A program made the translations under genes and the position numbers. Positions 38,301-50,300 of a stretch of 64,000 nucleotides of DNA are shown here, one piece after another. Position 1 is the first letter of the stretch. Each line of letters begins with the position of its first letter. Source of the stretch: Balanoglossus misakiensis (lineage: Eukaryota > Animalia > Hemichordata); NCBI GenBank assembly GCA_040954595.2, contig CM082597.2:9517778-9581777 (forward strand), in the 5' to 3' direction. The notes beneath the pieces were generated by a model. It searched no databases. It had not been told where the DNA came from and was given only the letters and a program-made list of their open reading frames with translations.

Positions 38301-41300
38301 TTTGCACATTTGTTTCAATATGTTTGTTTTCAGCAAGTGACCCTTTGGACTTATTATTAATGACACCTGGATATATTTGCATTTTCAGGTTTTTATGCAG
38401 TAATGCCTTGTGAGGTAAGTAGAAGGGGAGCTGTGATAGAGCTTCTCTCTCTCTGTATATCTCATTGCCTCCTTAACATCTTAACATTGATGCACATTTC
38501 ATGGCATTCATCAATTGCAACACATTTCCAGCTTTGTCCAGAAAGGCTGGCAGCAAATCCACCATGCTGGAAATGGTTGATGACTGATTTGGGAAAATGT
38601 TTCAAGTCTGCAAGGTGATGAGGAATGAGACAGAGATAGTTTGATACATCAAAGCTATGGAATAATGGTGACATCAGTTTCTTAACTCAAAATTTCTGCT
38701 TCTTATAGCCATATAAAGAGCTACACATGCAGGACCATCCTCATGAATGAAACGATGCCAGTATTTCCAGTTGTTATTTTTTGCTGTGACCGTGCTGGTG
38801 AAAGATCTAAAATCTGATTCTAGGCCAGCTAGTTTCTCTTCCATCTCCCCCATTCTGTCATAAAATGTCCTGTTAGCTGTGTAGCCATTTTCAGCTTCTC
38901 CCGAAATCATTGTACAGATTGCACCAAATATGTCTTTCTTAGGCGAGCTATTCAAATGATTGCAGTTAGTATCTGATCTATTTGCAAGGAAAGCGTTTAT
39001 CTCCATTCTGTACACGGCCTCCAAAATTTGCATGATAAACCTGTGTGTCTTATCGAAATTTGTTGCCTGAATGACAGACGTGGCAGTTTTGCCAAAATGA
39101 AATAAATTAACAAGGTCCCTTACACCAGCATCTCAGTAGATTTTCATGATAACTGACTGGAAATTTTTGAGGTTGTGCCAGTCACCCGGAAACGGATGTA
39201 ACCAAGCAAGCTCAAGGCCATATTGCTTCTTCAGTTAAAGAAGATTGTCATATGTTTTGCCATCTCCAGAAACAACTAGGAAATGAAGTGTTTTTCTAAC
39301 TTCAAACTGTATATAAAGTTTATTGAGGACAGATTTCATAGTTTCTATATTGTCAGCTGGAAGATCCAATACATCAAGGTACACTGTGTCATGGTCATAA
39401 AACTGGGATACCCTTGTTTGTTTTCAAGTCTTGACAAAATATATGTGTTTTCATTTGATGAACAGCCAACTTCTCCAAATTAGAAATAAAACAGTCTGAC
39501 TGAAGACGGTTCAAATGAAATAATTCCTTGTGTCAAATCTTGAAGTCTTCAAGGGTTAAAGTATGTGAATGAACTTCGCTTGTACCCTCATCATCCAAAC
39601 TTGATAAAAGACTGTAAGAATTTTCCATTAGGACTGGTGCAATGGTACGCTCTTTTTTGTTTTATGTTTAACTACAGTAAATGGGTACAGTAAATCTTCA
39701 AGATCAATGTCTAATTTATATGGATAGGGTTGACTAGTTTCAGCATTATACAAATTAACATCAAATCTGAGAGCATTCATGTTCACATCCCCATGTTCCT
39801 CAAACAGACCTATTTCCTCACATAATGATTTCAGTAATTTCTGCCTGAGACCAACTTTGGAAAACCTGTACATTAATCAAATGTGACTGACTGCATCTGA
39901 CAAAATGTATTGCTGTGGAGCAGAATCATACGTTGACTTTGATAAAGGTAAGCCAGGTGTAGATTTAAATTGTGGAGTATTTACTTCTTGCGACCAATTC
40001 AACACTGATTGGTCAACCAAAATAGATATAATGAAAAGGAATTAATAAAAAAATATAGAAATGACCACAGTGACAAGTTTCATATTGTAAAATCAAAATT
40101 ATGTTGAAAAAATGAAATCCAAACTTCAATATATAAACTTATGTGTTGACCAGGAATGTCACTTGTTTCAGATGTATTTGCAGAAAGGACACCAATAAAG
40201 CCAAAACCAGTGCTGGACAAACTATTTGTCGTGGTGATTGTAAACAAAGAAATAAAATTTGTCAGTGATCAAAAAGTTTAAATTTGATCAAGCCACAAAT
40301 AAATTGACAAACGGACTAAAATATTAACTTTTTATTGGGATATGTAACAATGTCTGTGATAGACAAGATCCGTCGGAACAGTTATCCCGTGACGGTAGGC
40401 AACGTGTATGAAAATTGAAGCTGACTTGCCCTAGAAATAAAGGGTTATCACATACCAAATAACCTGACAATTGTGATTTTTTTGTAAATGAGCCTCGGAA
40501 TAAGGCCTGTATTTATAGGCAATCAATCAAAACTATATGGACGAAATGAAACTTGAAACTGAAAGAACAACCGACGACCTGACTGGCTTGACCAGTGATG
40601 TGAAAAGTTTACACATGACCTTCTATGGCAGCAAATCTCCCTTTAAAAAACCCAGAAACTACAGAGAGGTAGCCACGTATACAAAGACAAAGACTATAGC
40701 TTCAAAATATGAATGGGAATGTCCCGTTAGACTACACTTGACAAATAACTTTTGAGACCGCAGGCAGATCAGTACCTTGCACAGCTCTGTACGCAAGCGC
40801 ACACAAACTGCAATATTAATATTAATAACTTGAATAAATCTGTCAGAACACCGACCACTGAAATTTGAATCAAAAGTTGAAAACCGATCCAAAAATTTGC
40901 CTTTATATTGGAAAGATTGATATACTGCAACCAAGCAGCCGGATAACCTATAGCCAACCACAGAAAAAGTTGTAAAAATGTGAATTACTCAGTTAGGCCT
41001 AGGCTACAAGGAACAAAACCAAGCAAAATATCAACCAACCTGCCGCGAACTGAATTATTTGTTTCAGTAGGCTGGAAATTTTGCTGGTAGGTACTTGGGA
41101 AAAAATTGCGGTTAACCGCACATGTAGACATTGCACTACAAGGAGAGGTTATTTTGGGGTAAACTGTTGCAATTTGTTACAAAGTTATACGTCATTTCTT
41201 TAAAAGGTGGGAAATTGCCATGCCATCCCAGGGTGAGGACACGAGACGCGCAAATCTAAAGAATGTGTTCTATAACGGAAAATCTGCACACTTGCATTCC

Positions 41301-44300
41301 TACTGACATGCAAAGGATTTCTGTTCTTTTTTTCAGTTTTAAAGGCAATTAGAGGGCCATCTATTCAATATCAATGTAAGAATGTCACTTTCCATTTTCT
41401 ACCTTTGTGCCTGTACAGGTGACCCAAAAACACAGTCCTTATTTGGTGACACTTCAAGATTGATATACAATATACTTGTGGGCCAGCTCTTCTGTGACCT
41501 GGTTTGCATGACTCTAAGATTCAGTTATGCATAATAAATAGCAAGAGTTCATTAAGAATACATACCCCAGCTTCCACCAATCAGAAGGCTCGATTCAAAC
41601 CATGCATATTATAATATTCAACTAACCTGGTATCATCAAAGTTATACCAATCTTTAGATGCTGCATGTTTACAATATGCAATGTAATGCCCTCCATACGT
41701 GCTCCCTGAGTGGTTGGAAACTCCATACAAGCTGTAGCGTGGTGCAACACCTGAATCAAATATAATCAGAACAACTATTAAGCTTCATAACAGCAATTAC
41801 AAATGAACTTAAGTAGAATGGGATTTTAATTTGATTCATTAACTCTACACATTTAATTCATTACAAATCAGTTTATGTCTCTCCATATAATCACATCTTT
41901 ATTAGATAACAGCTCCAGTAACTCCAACATTGGGCTATTGCATGTCCCAGTAATTTTGATGTGGGTATCAACGGTGGTTTCTTGCTCACCTCTGTAGATC
42001 ATAAAGAATTGCTCAGTATTTGTTTTTGTTTTCCAACACAGCCCTTTTGTAATAATCAGCATTGTTACTGTCCAAATTTGAATCAAAGTCCAAACTTGAA
42101 TTCTTTCGTCCACAATAAAATGGCTGTTACTCATATTCAGGCCTTGTTGAAAAACTAAAGACTGAAATTTCATAAGGCTATCCAGAGTTGAACAAGAAAC
42201 CAGAGTTGAAACATGGGGAAAAAACTACTGACAAGTGACCTTGCAGCCAATACAGCTCTGCTGTGATACTTTGCACTACAAACAAGATAACTGCTTCAGA
42301 ATTGCACACATCTCCTTACCCTAGACGCAGGCAAACTAGACTTAGCACAGCTAAAAAGGCAAAATGGTCCTAAAATGCAGTAAATTTATGCAAAATTCGC
42401 CACAATTTCAACAAATTGAACCTTCACAATAAAATTTAAAAAAAAAAAAGACACATGGATTTTTTTGAAGAATTTTTTGAACCAAAAATGGCAAAAATTG
42501 TCATAAAAATACAATACTGCAGATTCCATCATGATTTGAACAAACAGATCACGTTTGAGGACCTGCATAAGAAATTTCAAAGCAATCAAACAATCAGCAA
42601 AGTAACTTGGGTGACAGTACATTGTTTGTACACTGTTGCAGTTACACTTTGGTCTCGTTTGACTTGCTAGCAACTATGTCATATGGGACCCATACCTGCA
42701 GTTGCAGACCAGACGGACAACCCTCATCCTTTAAGGATGTACGCGCAGAACATAAACCGGAAACAGCGCGCGCCCGGTCTTTTTCCCATAGGATTACATT
42801 GAAAATTGCTAGAAAACAAACTTCTACTATTGTCATTTTCACGAAATTTCACACGAAGCTCAGTTCAGCAAATATAAATTCATTGGTCAAATAAAATATA
42901 GGGGTCACCGCGCTCTATTTTGAGATAAATTGCGTCAAAAATTTTGCCCATAGACAAACTATTGGTGAAAAATGCTGAGTCATCAGTTTTCTTCTTTTTT
43001 CGACTAAATTCATGGCTCTGTATTTCAAAAACAAGCGCGGTGACCCCTATATTTTATTACGGATTTTCATTATACATACAAAGGAGAATCCAAAAATCCA
43101 CAATTAAAAAAAATGACAATACTTTCAATTTTACTGAACGTACATCCTTAAATAGTCCCAGCAATCACTACACAGCATTAAAAGCATTGAGGATATACTT
43201 ACGAGGTGAAGCACTGAAGTTATGTAATTTGAGATCATCATCAACTGGAAAATCTACCATTGTTGTCAGCTTCGCTCTGTACCTAGTTGCTGAAAATCTC
43301 TTCAGATCTTTTGAACAGCAGTTAAGGATCACAACAAACAGTTGAATTAAAGGCACTGACAATCTCTATGGAAGTTTCTTATCAACATATATGAAGTTTC
43401 TGTTAGTTTTTTAAGACATTACATGAATATGAATTTTGATAATAATTATTACCATCATTATTATTCAAACCTGTCCAATGTATTATTTGATACATCAAAA
43501 TTTCAAAATATTTACAAAACCTACTAACTTAAGATGTTGTTCCATGCAACCACTTGAACCAGTTACCAGTTTTCCTACTATAGGAGACATTTTGGTGTAC
43601 ACAAACATCTGCGGTCACAGGCTAGTTATACTTTGCGAAACAACGAAACAACAAAACAGCGAAACAATGAAACAGCGAAATGGCGATACCATTATTAAAA
43701 TAGGGGCCAGTCATCAAGACAGTGGCGTATGATTTTTTTAAGTAAGTTTCCAAATTAAAACGTAAGCGAGCCAAGAAAACTACAGGTCAGATAAATTGTT
43801 TTCTCGTAAATTCAATATTAGAATCAAAATTGGCGTTGGAAACAAACGGCGGGTCACCAGTTCCTGGTCTGGGCACTGGTAGAGTCGTGCGCGTATATTC
43901 ACTACATGTATATGCACGGTCATTCCACACACGCGCACACGACTCTACCACTAGTACCAAGGTACCTTACTAGTTTGTTTCCAACGCCAAATTTGATTCT
44001 ACCGGTAATGTTGAATTTACGAGAAAACAATTTATCTGACCTGTAGTTTTCTTGGCTCGCTTACGTTTTAATTTGGAAACTTTCTTTAAAAAATCATACG
44101 CCACCGTCTTGATGACTGGCCCTATTTTAATAATGGCATCGCCGTGTTTCGTCGTTTCATTGTTTCGCAAAGTATAACCAGCCCGGTCACATAGGCCCAA
44201 GGATGCTAATTTTGCATAATGGGGATTTAAGAATAATTACTGACAATCACATTTTACAATCAATGCCCAAGTGTCTTCAATTCTGAATGTATATATACCG

Positions 44301-47300
44301 GATTGTGCTGAGAGTTCGCCCACCCGAAAAGATGACCACGGACTTTGGGGGGTGGTCCGTTCTATAGAATTTCTGTTTATTACATCGGCAGTTATGTGGG
44401 ATTGGATTGAGAGTGCTGTGGTATATATGGGCAGCATGGGACACGCCATCGAAGCAGGTCAACTGAACACCGGACTGCAGTGTGTCCTAAGCCAGGCAGA
44501 CCAGCTCAGTGACGACGACATCGGCAGTATTGCCAGTACTGATAGCGCCGGCAAATTTGAGGCAGCAATGCGAGGTTTTTTGTCGGACTCTGATGAGAGT
44601 GATTTTGAAGGTTTTTGAATATAGTTCGTATGTTTCAAGAAAATTTATGAAACCATGTTGTAAAGTCAGTTTGTTCATATGCCATTTATCTGGATCAAGG
44701 ATGATGAAAAAGAAATCGCTACATTTTGTCAGCTTTAGGTTCAAGTGAAATTGTCAAACGTCGGCAATAGGAAACTGTTGGAAAAGAAAAACACCTTGAA
44801 GAAAAAGTGTTTCACAACACTGTACCCTTTATTTATAATCATTTCAATGATTTCAATGAGTGTCAACTAAAATATACTTCTACATTTAGCTAAATGGTAG
44901 ATAAACTTTTCTGTCGATTAACGGCCCTGGGTGGTTAATAAGCTCTATATGTACACCATACAATGTAGCCATTTTCTGTATAAAAGCCCTGGACGAACTC
45001 TCAGTAAAATCCAGTATAATTTACATACCCATGTGATCTCCACTTTGTTAATGTCACACTAGTAAAGTAGTATATCACCCGCCTACCTACCTAACCAATC
45101 CATCCAATCAAACTCCCACCCACCCGCCCACATGCATGTGCCTAACAGTACATTCATGTCCTTGTATCAAAGTTGAATAAGATCATCAAAGCATTCAAAG
45201 ACTTACTCTGTTAAGAACATCTATCATCAATCAATCTTACCTGGCACGCGGGAAAACTGAGCTTATTCAATATTTGAAATACTTCTTTCAAAAGAAGTAT
45301 AAAAAAAGGATACGTAATACAAGTATTGATGGAAATTTTTCAATTGACAGCTTCTTTATACATTTCCTCTTCGTTTGACATTTAGAACATGTCTTAAAAA
45401 TAGAAAATGAATATGATGATATATAAGATACAGTTGAAATGTGCAGTGGGACGTGTTACTGTTGAAATACTAGAAAGATTCATGACATCATCAGTGTTTT
45501 TGCTCAGGTTGGAGAACAAATTGGCATTACAGGTATGACTTAGGAGTCTCAGTGTGCCCTCTAACAAATATATTAAAAAGCTTTGAGTCAAATTTAGGAT
45601 TTCTAAAAAACATCCTATACCTTTGTATGTATTGCGGATACTTTTCTTGAGACCCCAGTGAGTTTGAGTCAGTGGCGTATCATTTTGGTTTAGAGGGCAC
45701 ACTGCTTGGGACTCCGGTAACATTACCCTAGGAAGTGCCTGGTAACACAAATACTGTCAATGCAATACTACTAACTTCATGAAGATTTTGTAAAAGCATA
45801 AAGAACAACTTGAAATCAACATTTTATCAGGTACTTGTATCAAAAACTGTTTAGTTGAATCCAAGAAATTCAACACTTACTGGTTTTTCATCTCCATCTA
45901 GAATTTCCTCCTTGGTGAAAAGTTTAAAACAGTCCTGAAGAGAGACTTCATCATTGTAGCTTAAACTGCCAGTCTGAAAGATACAATATCAAATACATTA
46001 AACTGAAATTGCCTTAAAACAAAGTATATTGCCAGAAAGGAAGACATGATGGCCACAGTAACCCCACATTTTTAACTTATGTTCCTTTGTACAAATAAGA
46101 TACACATGGTGCATACAACCTTCCTTCCACAGTTCTTCCCATTTGCATGATATTCCCACGATCAGATTCAGGGACAAATTCTAAAGAATAGACCAACACT
46201 TTTGGTAACATTCATGGAATTCTTGTTTTGTTGGTAGAAATTTAACATAAGTCCACCAAAATTAGAAGTGTATCCATCAAATCAACTTCTATTTTACAGG
46301 ATTCAAACCCAAGCTACTGCACCAATTCATGAATTTCAAGTCTCTGCCAGTCCATTCTCCCTAAGGATGTTTCAATAAACAAGAAAATGTTTTGGTGTGC
46401 CCTCACTGACACAGTCTGAGGACATCAACAAACACAAAATTCAAGTCGTATTCAACAAAATTTTAAGCTGTGTCCATCAAAATTAGAAAGTTACATGCAA
46501 CTAAAATGACAGCTGAGAAGGGCAGACAACCATTTCAGAAATACATTCATGGAATGTTGTGAACACATGCAAGTGCTCCTCCTGCTTAAATGACACAATT
46601 ATGTTACCACAAAAATGAAACACATTACCTTTGGTATGGGTAATGACAAATCCCAAAATGGGTCAAAGGTCACAGAGTTATGTTTGCAGTAGGTACAGTG
46701 AAGGGTGCTCTTCAATTGACCAACAAATAAATCCACAATGCGACTGTCTTCTCTGCTAGTATATCTGTTCCATGATTCACGGGCCTTCTCTTGATCTCTG
46801 TTAACATGGACACAATGCAATCTAATGTTTACAAGTACTGTTTAGACTCTTGATATATTGTTACTTTCATGCATGCAAGTGAGGTTTATTCACAAATAAA
46901 CAATAAAATTACCATAAAACTGTATTTCAAGTACAAAGTAAGTAAATTTTGTGTCTGTGCATGTAGTTTTTCAGAGGTTTTTAGAAGAACTTTTCTGTGA
47001 GGAATTTCCATTGATAGTGATATTCTGTTGCAAGATCTATGAGCAAACTATCAAATAAAGGCAAACCTTCAAACTCTTGAGTGGGTGTAAAACAGAGAAT
47101 TTACTTTTCATATTCTTGCCATTGATAAATCACACACGTCTGTTTCTTAGATGATCCGTTTTTTTCTCTGTTAATTCAACTAAAAAATAGTTAAAATTTT
47201 GGAAAAGGTGATTACAGCAAACTGCTATAATTTCCCTTTAGCAATGTTCCAATCTCCCATAGTTATCTTTTACAACATACGATCACCTGATACATGGTAT

Positions 47301-50300
47301 CCCTCTGCAGTTTCCCGTCTGCATGAAGAAGAGAGACAATCTACAGCAGGCACAGTAAAACACTGACTACAGTTCCTAAGTGACGTGTCTATCCACGAAG
47401 ATTAGAAATGGCTAGGGAAATGGATAGGGCTTTGCCAACATTGATATTTGGAATTTTATGATACTCTCCGTAATAGTTTTTGTATAAGAGTATACCCAAA
47501 CATATTATCAACCTTTGATTGTGACTGTTCATAATACACAACTATCATGGTATGCTCACATGTGTATTAAATCTCCACAAATTCAATACATGACCATCTG
47601 TTGGCTAAGAATAAGTACATGGTGCTGTGGAAGTTTATTTTTAGATCCATTTGCCATCTGCAAAGATCAAAACTTAAAGTATTGCAGCTGGCTGGCCATG
47701 CGTAGTCCATGTAGACTACTGAGTTGCACACGTATTTTAAGTGCACGTCTTGAATGCTAAATTACATGCATACCTCACACATTCATTGCATACATGTATG
47801 TGAATCAAATGCCTTCATTGTACAAATTAAACATTGTACATGTATATATACCACTTTACACAATCAACTGACCCAGTGCCTGGCCTTAATTAATTAATTG
47901 GTGACTTTGGTGTATGTTCTGATACCCAAACTAACCAATACATTGTACATACAGTGTACATTTGATTCACATAATGCAACCTGAAATTCTCTGTAACTCT
48001 AACTGATGAGCCAAATAATGCTACTTTTCTTACGGTATATTATCTGGGATTTCTTCATTGTATCTTGGTTTTTTCATTACTTTATTGATGTCATCATGAA
48101 GACCTTCTAACAGAAACCGAAGAAATTCCTGAGAGTCTTGTTGGCTGCATGAAAACAACAACAATGTTTTACTCAGGGGACAAAACACATATGTGTAGCT
48201 AAATGTAGATCACAACCTAATATTTGGATAGTTTAAGGTGGGATAAAAGAGGCTACAGCAACAGGTAAAATTTGTAATAAAATGATTAAAATATGAAAGG
48301 AGTAAACACTCTGTGTGGAATGGGACAAAACACAGACATTTGGGCTCAAAAGTGTTAAGCCTGTAGAAATTTACAAAACAGGCCCATACATTAAATGCAA
48401 AGAGTGGCAAGCATGCAAGGAAATTAACATCATTCTACAAATCTTCATTTTATCGATTTACTTAAAAGCCTATGATTGTCTTATTAATTAAGCCTGGTAG
48501 GAACAGAGGGTCCCTGTGCACCCACGGATACATTCACAAAACTTACATTTTTGGAATCCTCAATGTGTCACAGTCTACGGAAGAAATCAAGTGTCTTTTA
48601 GGCATTTTCCATACTCTCCGATTGACCCATTTAAAGCCTCATACATGTTCAAATCATAAAACTAACCCTCTGAGTCTCTTCTGTATACTAATATTATGCT
48701 GAAAATGGGGTCATTTGTCTTTGTATGATGTCTACTTCAAAAGAAATGAAAAATATTGTTTCCGTGTAAAATTCAAGGTGGCCACCAAGATTGCCGCCAA
48801 AATGGCCGCCAAACGACCATGTAGGACAATATTTCGCGATGGGAACATCAAAATTTGTTAACTAGACACTCTGAGGATTCCAAATATGTAAGTGTTGTGA
48901 ATGTATCAATGGGGTTCACGGGAACCCCCTGTTCCTACCAGATTATATGCGCATGTGCCAAAGCTGAGATTTTGGTTACAAAAATCGTATACAGTCAATG
49001 CAATAAGGCAGTTAGTCTCGGTTACCCAGACTCTCTTACTCTTTCTCTCGTCTCTAGAGGGCGCTGTGCGAGAAAGAGAGTCTGGGATCACTGCACGTTA
49101 AATTTTCCGCGAACCGGAAGCGTCTTTTAGTAATCGAGGGGTGCACCATGGATCCAATAACAAATCGCAGGGAATAGAGGAATGAATCGTGTTGTCGTTG
49201 TTTATGATGATAAAAACATTTAAAGAAAATTAATGTGTCATTTCCTGCTACCTTAATCGTGGAAAACACGGCCTAGGTCGCCCAACGTCACTCGTAGACG
49301 TTGGGCGACCTAGGCTGTGTTTTCCACGATTTCGGTAGCAGGAAATGACAAATTAATTTTCTTTAAATGTTTTTATCATCAACAACAACAACAACACGAT
49401 TCATTCCTCTATTCCCTGCGATTTGTTATTGGATCCATGGTGCACCCCTCGATTACTAAAAGACGCTTCCGGTTCGCGGAAAATTTAACGTGCAGTGATC
49501 CCAGACTCTCTTTCTCGCACAGCGCCCTCTAGAGACGAGAGAAAGAGTAAGAGAGTCTGGGTAACCGAGACTATAAGGCAGTGTGCTGTCCCAACAACAC
49601 GATGGCGGCAAGTCACCGTGACCATAGTCTGTGTCAGAGATTAAGAAAAGGCAGCAAACTGGGTGAAAAATTGGGACAAAATGAAAGTCTACTTTAGTTA
49701 TAGATGCGAATAAAATATGGAAAGAAGCGAAGGCAGTCTACTATTTTAATGTTTTAATACTACCGGGTATTTTAATAAAACCCAAAACTTGCAGAATATT
49801 TGATTTTTGTATTGGACGTAATGTTTGTACACATGAAATTACTAGTACGCTGTAATGCACATTCACATACATGTACAACGATCGGCGGCCTTTAAAAATG
49901 ACCAACATATTTTATCTGATGAAATTTTTATTCGACTGACATCATCAGAATGTTTTTGGCAGAGATGAGCAGCTCTGAGATGAAGGTGATGTGTTAAACT
50001 TTGCCGTAAACAAAAATGTATAATGACATCAAACTGCATGTAAAATGTATTGGTGGCATTATATACATCTTTTGATGCAAGACTACTTTGTATAATAACT
50101 TTTTAGCGCATATCCCTGGATTGATGTACATCAGAGATGAATTTATGAAATCTGTACATTTTTTTGTTTGACTTCATTATATACGAGTGGTTTTTGCAGA
50201 GCTCTGCAACTTCGAGCCATACATGAGAATACTGCTGTGCGAAAACCATGAGGTTACATTTTTTTTATCCAACCTGTTGTACATGTATGTCAGACTGGTG

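Noticed and set aside
34841-41273. TAGAA...TTCTA as termini of the Academ-like element
   Set aside because: Only about 9 of 11 bases match and no convincing TSD; boundaries are left unresolved.
49054-49532. Two near-identical 71-aa ORFs on opposite strands
   Set aside because: Artefact of the 561-bp palindrome.
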